A stretch of 64,000 bases of DNA from Candidatus Cloacimonadales bacterium (GTDB lineage Bacteria > Cloacimonadota > Cloacimonadia > Cloacimonadales > JAFGVF01). This document shows positions 9,537 to 18,159 of this stretch, piece after piece. Where the stretch lies: the NCBI GenBank assembly GCA_963678315.1, contig OY782781.1:608001-672000 (forward strand), given 5' to 3'. The notes below the pieces were generated by a model. The model saw only the letters and a list, made by a program, of their open reading frames with translations, was not told the origin of the DNA and did no database searches. The stretch's first letter is position 1, and every line of letters starts with the position of its first letter. A program made the position numbers and the translations under genes.

Positions 9537-10462
9537 AGAAATTCCAACACTTTGCATGTCTTATATTGATATTAATTATTACTTCATGCAGTATAAATAA
9601 GGGTAAAAGCCAAGGATTCATCTATACTGTTAAGAAAGGGGATAATTTACATCAGATAGCTAAAAAATACAATACTTCAGTAAAAGATATAAAATACTAC
9701 AATGACAAGTATTACAATGATTTGGCTATTGGTGAGACTCTCTTTATTCCTTCAACAAAGAAAATAGCAGTCAAGGATTCAGCTTCTCAGTCTCCTGCTA
9801 AGACTTATCCTACACAAAAAGATGATTATGGACTCTATTATACAGTTGTAAAGAAAGATAATCTTTTCAGAATTTCTAAGAATTTTGGTTTATCATTAAC
9901 CGAACTCAAAGAGATGAATAACCTTGCTGTTGATAACATTGATGTTGGTCAAAAGCTTTATGTTAAGGTATTTGAGCCTAAGTCAATCCAGAAAGAAAGA
10001 CATAAGAGAACTAGCTCAACTTATGCTCAGAATTCAAAAGGATCTATTGCAAACTTTCCTAAGAAATGGCAAAATGAGTTCATACTACCAGTTGAGGGAA
10101 GAGTTTCTTCTCCATTTGGGCAGAGAAATGGTCGCTTACACAAGGGAGTAGATATCACTGCTCCTCCTGGAACTTCTATTAAAGCGACCTATTCTGGAAC
10201 AATAAGTTATAGTGGTTTCTTATCTGATTATGGAAATGTTATAATAATTGAGCATGGATTAGAGATAGTATCAGTTTATGCTCACAATGAAATAAATCTT
10301 GTCAAAAAAAGTGATAAGGTAAAAAAAGGTGATATAATAGCTAAAGTTGGTTCTACTGGTAGATCTTCAGGACCACATTTGCATTTTGAGTTAAGAATTA
10401 GTAATAAACCAGTTGATCCTGCAAAAATTGTGAGTGAAATTGATAAACTAAAAAGACTTTAA
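9533..10462 (+). CDS. Lipoprotein with two LysM domains and an M23 peptidase domain (NlpD-like)
   Basis: Lipobox ITSC; YTVKKGDNL and YTVVKKDNL LysM; HKGVD, YAH, GPHLHFE. Confidence 0.9.
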   Translation: MKKFQHFACLILILIITSCSINKGKSQGFIYTVKKGDNLHQIAKKYNTSVKDIKYYNDKYYNDLAIGETLFIPSTKKIAVKDSASQSPAKTYPTQKDDYGLYYTVVKKDNLFRISKNFGLSLTELKEMNNLAVDNIDVGQKLYVKVFEPKSIQKERHKRTSSTYAQNSKGSIANFPKKWQNEFILPVEGRVSSPFGQRNGRLHKGVDITAPPGTSIKATYSGTISYSGFLSDYGNVIIIEHGLEIVSVYAHNEINLVKKSDKVKKGDIIAKVGSTGRSSGPHLHFELRISNKPVDPAKIVSEIDKLKRL

Positions 10463-10479
10463 TTATATAAGGAGAATCA

Positions 10480-11343
10480 ATGAGTGAGAATGTGTTTTCA
10501 GATAAAGCATTACAGAGCTACTTGAATCAAATATCAAAGTTTGGTACATTTACTCGAGAAGAAGAAAATGCTTTAGCTGTTAAGGCAAGGGACGGAGATC
10601 AAGATGCTATGAATAAGCTCTTGCAAGCAAACCTTAAGTTTGTTGTAAAAATAGCGTCCAAGTATCAGAATAGAGGACTAACTCTTTCTGAGCTCATTAG
10701 TGAAGGTAATTTAGGGTTAATTAGAGCAATCCAGAAATTTGATCCTGATAAAAATATCAAGCTTATTTCTTATGCCATTTGGTGGATTAAACAAAAGATA
10801 ATGCAAGCTGTTGCTGAGAGATCTTCTCTAATAAAAGTTCCTCTTGGAAAGATTAATACAGCTTATAAGCTTAAATCTACAGAATCAGCTATTTATTCTA
10901 AAACAGGACATCATGCCTCTGTTTCTGAGCTAAGTGACAATACAGATATCAATAAGAAAACTATTAAGAAATTGAAGCATCAAATTATTGATACTTTTTC
11001 TATGGATACTAAAATAAATGGTGATGATTCTGGTTCTGCAATCAGTGATTTGATAGGCAATCCTGAGTCAATGGATCCACAATCTATCTACTACAAAGAG
11101 AAGATTAAAGAGGAAATTGACCAGGCAATAGAATCTCTGACTGCTAGAGAGAAGTTTATTATCAACTCCTACTTTGGGCTTGATAACTCTAAATCAGAGA
11201 ATTTTGCTCAGATTGCTGAAAAGATGGGGCTTTCAAGAGAGAGAGTAAGACAGCTACAGTTAGTAGCTTTAGATAAAATTAGATCAAAAATATCTTCACA
11301 TAAAGAGAAATTTGAAGAGTATTTTAAGAATCACGATATTTAA
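10480..11343 (+). CDS. Sigma70-family sigma factor (RpoD/RpoS-like, short form without region 1.1)
   Basis: NLKFVVKIASKY, ELISEGNLGL, SYAIWWI, LSRERVRQL. Confidence 0.9.
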   Translation: MSENVFSDKALQSYLNQISKFGTFTREEENALAVKARDGDQDAMNKLLQANLKFVVKIASKYQNRGLTLSELISEGNLGLIRAIQKFDPDKNIKLISYAIWWIKQKIMQAVAERSSLIKVPLGKINTAYKLKSTESAIYSKTGHHASVSELSDNTDINKKTIKKLKHQIIDTFSMDTKINGDDSGSAISDLIGNPESMDPQSIYYKEKIKEEIDQAIESLTAREKFIINSYFGLDNSKSENFAQIAEKMGLSRERVRQLQLVALDKIRSKISSHKEKFEEYFKNHDI

Positions 11344-11373
11344 TAAAAAATTATATATAATTGTGGAGGATTA

Positions 11374-12276
11374 ATGATTAAGAACTTCAATGAAATGTTA
11401 GATAGTGCTAGAGCTATTGAAGGTAAGAAAGCTATTATTGCTGGAGCTCAAGGAGATTTGCCTATAGAAGCTGCTGTACTAGCAAAAAAAGAAGGTCTTT
11501 GTGATAGTATTTTAGTTGGAGATAAAGCTAAAATACTAGAGATTCTTGAGAAGAATGCACCAGAATATAAAGATTCTTTTGAAATAATTGATACAGGTGC
11601 TGATTTAGTGGCTGCTTGTAGAGAATCAGTTCGTTTAGCAAAAGAAAATATAGGACATGTTATTCTAAAAGGAAAAGCTGACACAGCTATTCTTTTGAGA
11701 GCTGTTCTTGATAAAGAAAATGGTTTAAAACAAAGTAAGGTTATTAGTGATATTTTAGCTTTCGAACATCCTGAAAAGATTTTATTCATGGGTGACGGTG
11801 GAATAAACCTAGCTCCAGATGTATCAGAAAAAGTTGCAATCGTTAATGCTGGTGCACAAGTTGCAAGAGCTTTCGGTGTTGAAGACCCTAAAGTTGCTAT
11901 GTTATGCGCAGTAGAAAAAGTTAATCCAAAAATGCAAGCTACAGTTGATGCTGCAATAATTTCAGCAATGAATAAACGTGGTCAAATCAAAGGCTGTACA
12001 GTTGATGGACCATTAGCATTTGATAACGCAATTAATGAAGAAGCAGCTAAAATTAAAGGGATTAAATCACCTGTTGCAGGTAAAGCAGATGTGCTTATTG
12101 TTCCTAATATCGAGGCTGGTAACATATTCGGTAAAGCTCTTACCTATTATTGCAACTACCGTGTAGCTCACGTTGTGATGGGTACTAAAGTTCCTATCCT
12201 TATCCCTTCAAGAGCTGACAATGGAGAAACTAAAATGCTTTGTATGGCTATGGGACTCTTAGTAGCTAATAAATAG
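11374..12276 (+). CDS. ptb: Phosphate butyryl/acyltransferase
   Basis: VDGPLAFDNA, PNIEAGN, PILIPSRAD. Confidence 0.85.
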   Translation: MIKNFNEMLDSARAIEGKKAIIAGAQGDLPIEAAVLAKKEGLCDSILVGDKAKILEILEKNAPEYKDSFEIIDTGADLVAACRESVRLAKENIGHVILKGKADTAILLRAVLDKENGLKQSKVISDILAFEHPEKILFMGDGGINLAPDVSEKVAIVNAGAQVARAFGVEDPKVAMLCAVEKVNPKMQATVDAAIISAMNKRGQIKGCTVDGPLAFDNAINEEAAKIKGIKSPVAGKADVLIVPNIEAGNIFGKALTYYCNYRVAHVVMGTKVPILIPSRADNGETKMLCMAMGLLVANK

Positions 12277-12315
12277 GATTTCATATAAATTAGTACGATT
12301 CAGAATAGATGTTAG

Positions 12316-12352
12316 AAGAGTCTTGATTATTCAAGGCTCTTTTGTTTTTTTT
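12316..12352 (+). terminator. Rho-independent terminator after ptb
   Basis: AAGAGTCTTGA-TTAT-TCAAGGCTCTT plus T-run. Confidence 0.75.
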
Positions 12353-12514
12353 ATTAGTTATTTAAAATATTTTATTGAAGTGTGCCAAAAAAGGAAAAAG
12401 TGTGCCCATATATTATTAGAGGGTAAGACTAAATCCTTTAATAATTCTCTTTTAGAGATTTTTATTGACATAGAATCATACATATAAATAGGGTTTGCAT
12501 GAGGTAGAACTTAA

Positions 12515-14314
12515 ATGAAACAAAGTAATATTAGAAATTTTTGCATTATTGCCCATATAGATCATGGCAAATCAACATTAGCAGATAGACTCTTAGAAGA
12601 GACAAATACTGTTGATAAAAATAAAATTGTCGCTCAAGTATTAGATGACATGGACCTTGAACGTGAGAAAGGTATCACAATCAAGTCTCATGCTATTCGT
12701 ATGACCCATAAAAAAGATGGTGAAACTTTTGTATTTAACTTAATTGATACACCAGGTCATGTTGACTTCACCTATGAAGTTTCACGCTCTTTAGCTTCTT
12801 GTGAAGCAGCTCTTCTTCTAGTTGATGCAGCCCAAGGTATCGAGGCTCAAACAATGAGTAACTTATATTTAGCTCTTGATAATGACCTTGATATTATTCC
12901 TGTAATCAATAAAATTGACCTTCCAAAGGCTGATGTAGAAGGTGCTGAGCATGACTTAATAGAGCTTCTTGGATGTAAAAAAGAAGATATCTTTAAAGTT
13001 AGTGCTAAGAGCGGTATTGGGGTTGCTGAATTACTCGATGGAATTGTTGACCATATCCCAGCTCCTAAGGGTACTGAAGACATAGCTCCTAAAGCTGTTA
13101 TCTTTGATTCTTATTTCGACACTTATCGTGGCGTTGTGGTGCTTGTGAGACTCTTTGAAGGTAAATTCAAAAAAGGTGATTCTATTAAGTTAATGGCTTC
13201 AGGAAAGACCTTTGATATTGAAGAACTAGGCTATTTAGGACTTAAACTTGAACCTCAAAAAGAACTTACAACCGGAGAAGTTGGCTACTTAATCTGTAAT
13301 ATCAAAGACGTGGCAAATGCTCGTGTTGGGGATACTATTACTTCAGCTAAAGACGGTTGCCAAGAAGCTATTACAGGTTATGAAGAACCTAAACCAATGG
13401 TGTATTCTGGTATCTTCCCTATTAATGGCGAAGACTATGCTAACCTTGTTGAAGCTATGGCAAAATTGAAGCTAAATGACTCTTCTCTTATCTATGAAAA
13501 AGAAAGTTCTCTAGCCCTAGGATACGGATTCCGTTGTGGTTTCTTAGGTATGCTTCACTTAGAAATAATCAAAGAACGTCTCTTTAGAGAATACAATATT
13601 CCTATTATTGCAACTACCCCTAGCGTACGCTTCATTGTTCATTTAAAAGATGGTTCAGAGAAGATAGTCTATAACCCAATAGACTTTCCAGATCCAGCCC
13701 ATATCGAATTCATAGAAGAACCCCTTATGGATACAGAGATTATCGTTCCTTCTGAGTTTATTGGTAATATCATGCAGTTGGCTCAAGATAGAAGAGGAGT
13801 ACAACGTGATATGAAATATATCGACGAAAAACGCGTTGCTCTTCACTACGATATGCCATTGATTGAGATTATCTTTGACTTCTATGATAAACTAAAGACC
13901 CTTTCTCGTGGCTATGCTTCTTTTGACTATTCTTTCAAAGAATATCAGACCTCAGACGTAGCTAAAGTAGATATCATGATTAATGGCGAAAAAGTTGATG
14001 CTATGTCATTTATATGCCATTCAGATAAAGCTTTCAACTGGGGTAAAAGTGTTACACGTAAGCTATCTGAAGTTATACCTAAGCACTTATTTAAGATTGC
14101 TTTGCAGGCTTGTATTGGTGGTAAAATCATTGCCCGTTCTACTATTAACGCAATGAGAAAAGACGTTCTTGCTAAATGTTATGGTGGTGATATATCCCGT
14201 AAACGTAAACTTCTTGATAAACAAAAGAAAGGTAAGAAAAAGATGAAAGAAATCGGTTCAGTGAATGTACCACAAGAAGCATTCTTAGAAGTGCTAAAAG
14301 CTGACCGAGAATAA
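12515..14314 (+). CDS. lepA: Elongation factor 4
   Basis: AHIDHGKSTLADR, GFRCGFLGMLH, KDVLAKCYGGD. Confidence 0.98.
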   Translation: MKQSNIRNFCIIAHIDHGKSTLADRLLEETNTVDKNKIVAQVLDDMDLEREKGITIKSHAIRMTHKKDGETFVFNLIDTPGHVDFTYEVSRSLASCEAALLLVDAAQGIEAQTMSNLYLALDNDLDIIPVINKIDLPKADVEGAEHDLIELLGCKKEDIFKVSAKSGIGVAELLDGIVDHIPAPKGTEDIAPKAVIFDSYFDTYRGVVVLVRLFEGKFKKGDSIKLMASGKTFDIEELGYLGLKLEPQKELTTGEVGYLICNIKDVANARVGDTITSAKDGCQEAITGYEEPKPMVYSGIFPINGEDYANLVEAMAKLKLNDSSLIYEKESSLALGYGFRCGFLGMLHLEIIKERLFREYNIPIIATTPSVRFIVHLKDGSEKIVYNPIDFPDPAHIEFIEEPLMDTEIIVPSEFIGNIMQLAQDRRGVQRDMKYIDEKRVALHYDMPLIEIIFDFYDKLKTLSRGYASFDYSFKEYQTSDVAKVDIMINGEKVDAMSFICHSDKAFNWGKSVTRKLSEVIPKHLFKIALQACIGGKIIARSTINAMRKDVLAKCYGGDISRKRKLLDKQKKGKKKMKEIGSVNVPQEAFLEVLKADRE

Positions 14315-14381
14315 TAGATAATTATTGATTGAGTTAGGATTCTAAATGTTTCCTAACTCTCCTTTATTATTAGAACAAACA

Positions 14382-14915
14382 ATGGTTAGTAAGCTTAAAT
14401 TATTCTCTATCTTTTTCAAGATTGGTGCCTTTACTATAGGTGGTGGCTACGCAATGCTACCCCTTATTGAGCATGAACTTGTAGAGAAAGAACAACTTCT
14501 TGATGATGAGACCTTCCATAATGGATTAGCACTTTCACAGACCTCTCCTGGTCCGATTGCTGTTAATATGGCTATCTTTCTAGGTCAACAGATTGGGGGT
14601 GTTCTTACAGCAATTCTTTGTACAATAGCCGTAATCTTACCTGCTTTCTTGATTATTAGTCTACTTACAGGCTTTTTAGTTAAATATGGTAACACTCCTT
14701 TAATGCTTAAATTCTTTAGTGGTGTAAGACCAGCAGTTGGAGCAATGATAGCCTTCTCATTAATTAACCTAATTAGAAAAGCTAAGCTAAACATTCTAAA
14801 AGCGACTCTCTTAACCACTTCATTTCTATTATTAATCCTGGGCATAACTAACCCGATTGTAATTATATTAAGCTTAATCATCATAGGTATTACTTGGGAG
14901 AGGCTTGCTAAATGA
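14382..14915 (+). CDS. Short-chain chromate transporter subunit (N-type)
   Basis: FFKIGAFTIGGG and SQTSPGPIAVN; start probably MVSKLK at 14382 (track 14346). Confidence 0.85.
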   Translation: MVSKLKLFSIFFKIGAFTIGGGYAMLPLIEHELVEKEQLLDDETFHNGLALSQTSPGPIAVNMAIFLGQQIGGVLTAILCTIAVILPAFLIISLLTGFLVKYGNTPLMLKFFSGVRPAVGAMIAFSLINLIRKAKLNILKATLLTTSFLLLILGITNPIVIILSLIIIGITWERLAK

Positions 14916-15430
14916 TATACCTAAAACTATTCTGGATATTCTTTAAAATAGGAATCTTTTCTTTTGGTGGCGGACTTGCCATGCTTCCTTTTATACAGGA
15001 AGAAGTAGTCATCAATAACGCTTGGTTAACTGAGCAAGAATTCATAGATTTAGTAGCAGTAGCCCAATCAACTCCTGGACCCATTGCCGTAAATGGAGCT
15101 ACCTTTATAGGGCAGAAGACCGCTGGCTTTTTGGGTGCTTTATCAGCAACTGCTGGGGTTGTATTACCTGCTATAATCATTATGCTGATTATCGCTTCTT
15201 TCTTCAGTGCCTTCTCCAAGAACAGTTATGTTAAGCGTGTTTTAAGCTTAATCAAACCAGCAACCATTGGCTTCATTGCTTCAGCAGTTTGGTTTATTGG
15301 TTCTAAAACTCTAGTTAACTGGCAGAGCTTAGCTATCTTTTCAGCAGTGCTTGCTTTCTCTTTTTACAAGAAGCCTAATCCTATCCTAGTAACTTTGATT
15401 ACCGGTCTTTGCGGAATACTTTTATTTTAA
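14912..15430 (+). CDS. Short-chain chromate transporter subunit (C-type)
   Basis: FSFGGG and AQSTPGPIAVN; ATGA overlap with the partner gene. Confidence 0.87.
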   Translation: MIYLKLFWIFFKIGIFSFGGGLAMLPFIQEEVVINNAWLTEQEFIDLVAVAQSTPGPIAVNGATFIGQKTAGFLGALSATAGVVLPAIIIMLIIASFFSAFSKNSYVKRVLSLIKPATIGFIASAVWFIGSKTLVNWQSLAIFSAVLAFSFYKKPNPILVTLITGLCGILLF

Positions 15431-16192
15431 CCCTAGTCTCTTTTCAAACTCAGCTAATCTGTCATTCTCTCTAAGCTGATACTCTATAGAATCAATCTTC
15501 TTAACATAAACAATTCCTTGCACAGAATTAGTGGTAAAAGCCCCATCAAAGCTTGCTAATTCTTCCACAAGAACATCTCTTTCAATTACTGGGAAAGTCT
15601 CAGCTAAAGCTTGCCTAACCACTCCATTAAGAATATTTCCTTCAGCTTTAGGAGTAATTATCTTATCATCTTTTAAGAAGAATATATTAGAAAAGCATGC
15701 TTCACAAAGCAGATTATCTGAGTTAACTAGAAGCCCTTCTGAGAAGCCTTCAATTACAGCTGTTTTATTTAGTAGAACATTCTCTAAGTAGTTCACAGTC
15801 TTGTACTTTCTAAGCATTGTTTTATTGTAATCATTACTTACAATCTTTAAAGCTTTTGCTTCATGCCTAGCTATAAATTTAGTGCATGTAAGCAAGAGAT
15901 CAGTTCTCCCTCTTTCCCCAAGTGAGATAATAACCTTAATCCTTAAATCGCCAATTCCATTCTCTGCAACTAGTTGTTCTATGAGGTCTAATGTCGGAAT
16001 TTGGCACTTACAAATCCCCAACAATTCGCAACCCTTTTCTAGTCTAGCAAGGTGCTTATCAAATAGCACAGCTTTGCCCTTATTGGTCCTAAAGGAAGTA
16101 AATATACCATAACCGTAGTGATAAGCCTGTGTTTTAGGCTTCATTGAAATCTCTTCTTCAGGTAGAAAGTCACCATTATAATACCATATCAT
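15422..16192 (-). CDS. pabC: Class IV aminotransferase / aminodeoxychorismate lyase
   Basis: YGYGIF, HLARL, KTVNY, ILNGVVR; operon with pabA and pabB. Confidence 0.8.
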   Translation of the reverse strand: MIWYYNGDFLPEEEISMKPKTQAYHYGYGIFTSFRTNKGKAVLFDKHLARLEKGCELLGICKCQIPTLDLIEQLVAENGIGDLRIKVIISLGERGRTDLLLTCTKFIARHEAKALKIVSNDYNKTMLRKYKTVNYLENVLLNKTAVIEGFSEGLLVNSDNLLCEACFSNIFFLKDDKIITPKAEGNILNGVVRQALAETFPVIERDVLVEELASFDGAFTTNSVQGIVYVKKIDSIEYQLRENDRLAEFEKRLGLK

Positions 16193-17454
16193 AAATCTAA
16201 AAATGTCCTTATTTTGTGTAGTATTTCTTGATATTCAGCCAGAGGATCAGAATCAATTGTTACAGCTCCCCCACTATTTACAAAGAGTTTATTGTCTTTA
16301 ATTATGCCTGTTCTGATTGCAATATTACTTTGTAGAAAGCAATTATTAACAAGAAGAATAGAACCTGTGTAAATGTTTCTTCTGTAGCTTTCAAGTTCTT
16401 CAATGACTTTCATTGATGCTATCTTTGGGCATCCAGTAATAGAACCACCTGGAAAGCAGGCTTTGATTAAATCAGTCATTGAATACTCTATTTTCAACAT
16501 TCCTGTAACTATTCCCACTAAGTGAAAAACATTAGCAAATACTTCTAATCTATTGGGATCAACTACTTCTACACTCCCTAATCGGCACACTTTGGAAAGG
16601 TCATTCCTCATCAAATCAACTATCATGTGAAGCTCTGCAAGGTCTTTTTCAGAAGAGAACAATTCTTGTTTATTCTTCAAATCCTCCTGCAGATTTTTGC
16701 CTCTTGGAGCTGTTCCTTTGATTGGTTTTGTTAGCACTTGTCCATTATTACTCTTCAAGAAGCCTTCAGGAGATATAGAAGTTACAGCCATATCCTCATA
16801 GTTAAGAAAGGCTGAAAAGGGAGCAGGGTTTTTCTTATATAAGCTTGTAAAAAGCCCCCAAGAAGAACCTTCAAAATCACTAGTGAACTGCTGAGTAAGA
16901 TTTACCTCATAGACATTGCCAGATAGAATATAATCCTGTATCTTGGCAACCTTATCCATATATTCCTGCTGAGTGCATTCTTGTTCAATCCTGCCAATAC
17001 TAAATCCCTCTCTTGCCTGGATAGATTGCTGTTCTGCTGTCTCACATTTTAATTCAATCTTCCAGCATTTTTTTCTTAGATTATCCCAATACACATAGTG
17101 CTTATACAAACGAAGCCTTGCTTGTGGGAGATGATAAGATTCATTAGTGCTGCTAGGAAATGATTCAATATGACGTCCCATATCATAGCTTAAATGTCCA
17201 ATCCATCCGCATCTTTTAGCAGGGAATGGCAATCTTGAGAAGTCATGTCCTTCAATTAATTCATGCAGACTATCCCAAACTTCACTATCATTATCAGAAT
17301 TAAATTCAGCGATGAGAGTGTGGCCATATATTGTGAATTCCGATTGTTCTTCATTGCCGGTCAGCAAGCTTGCATCTTGGTAGAAGTTTCTTTCTACATA
17401 GTCGAGAGGATTTACCCAATCAATCTCCTGCAATTCTTTTAATTCTATGACCAT
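16189..17454 (-). CDS. pabB: Aminodeoxychorismate synthase component I
   Basis: SPEGF, PIKGT, MIVDLMRND, FPGGSITGCPK. Confidence 0.88.
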   Translation of the reverse strand: MVIELKELQEIDWVNPLDYVERNFYQDASLLTGNEEQSEFTIYGHTLIAEFNSDNDSEVWDSLHELIEGHDFSRLPFPAKRCGWIGHLSYDMGRHIESFPSSTNESYHLPQARLRLYKHYVYWDNLRKKCWKIELKCETAEQQSIQAREGFSIGRIEQECTQQEYMDKVAKIQDYILSGNVYEVNLTQQFTSDFEGSSWGLFTSLYKKNPAPFSAFLNYEDMAVTSISPEGFLKSNNGQVLTKPIKGTAPRGKNLQEDLKNKQELFSSEKDLAELHMIVDLMRNDLSKVCRLGSVEVVDPNRLEVFANVFHLVGIVTGMLKIEYSMTDLIKACFPGGSITGCPKIASMKVIEELESYRRNIYTGSILLVNNCFLQSNIAIRTGIIKDNKLFVNSGGAVTIDSDPLAEYQEILHKIRTFLDL

Positions 17455-18017
17455 AAGAGCCTCAAGAAGTTCTTAATCATAACATCCCCTTTAGGAGTTA
17501 GGAAAGATTCTGGGTGAAACTGAATACCATAAATAGGAAGTTTAGTATGTTCAATAATCATTGGAATATCATCTTTTGTTGTAGCTGTGACTCTTAGTTG
17601 CTCAGAAGCAATAAGAGTCATTAGAGAATGATATCTTGCTACAAGAATATTTCCTGCAATACCTTCTAGAATGAAGCTAGAATTTATCTGTCTGATAGTA
17701 TCTTGTTTACCATGAACAGGCTTTGGAGCTCTAATAGTTTTACCAGCAAAGAAGTCATTAATGCACTGCATCCCAAGGCATACACCTAGAAGAGGCTTAG
17801 TCTTATAGCAAAGCTCTATTACCTTCATAGTAAGGCCTGAATCAACCGGACTTCCAGGTCCTGGTGATATAACTATAGCCTCATATTTATCTAGTTTATC
17901 TATATCCACAACATCATTTCTTACCACTTCTACAAGCCCAGAGTAGTGCTCTTGAATTAGGTAATAGAGATTATAGGTAAATGAATCAAAATTATCTATT
18001 AGCAGTATCTTTCTCAT
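17445..18017 (-). CDS. pabA: Glutamine amidotransferase component II
   Basis: IDNFDSFTYNL, SPGPG, GVCLG, QFHPES. Confidence 0.9.
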   Translation of the reverse strand: MRKILLIDNFDSFTYNLYYLIQEHYSGLVEVVRNDVVDIDKLDKYEAIVISPGPGSPVDSGLTMKVIELCYKTKPLLGVCLGMQCINDFFAGKTIRAPKPVHGKQDTIRQINSSFILEGIAGNILVARYHSLMTLIASEQLRVTATTKDDIPMIIEHTKLPIYGIQFHPESFLTPKGDVMIKNFLRLLWS

Positions 18018-18086
18018 ATTTACATAGAAGCAAAAGAGCTTTCTTTATGTCAAATTAAATGTTTTTCCATGCTTAGACAATGCAAA

Positions 18087-18119
18087 AGACCCTGAATATT
18101 TGGGGGATATTCAAGGTCT
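18087..18119 (-). terminator. Terminator after the CotH gene
   Basis: AGACCTTGAATAT...ATATTCAGGGTCT followed by TTT on the minus strand. Confidence 0.6.
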
Positions 18120-18159
18120 AATACTTGAGAGTATTTATGAATTATTCTATTATTAGTTA

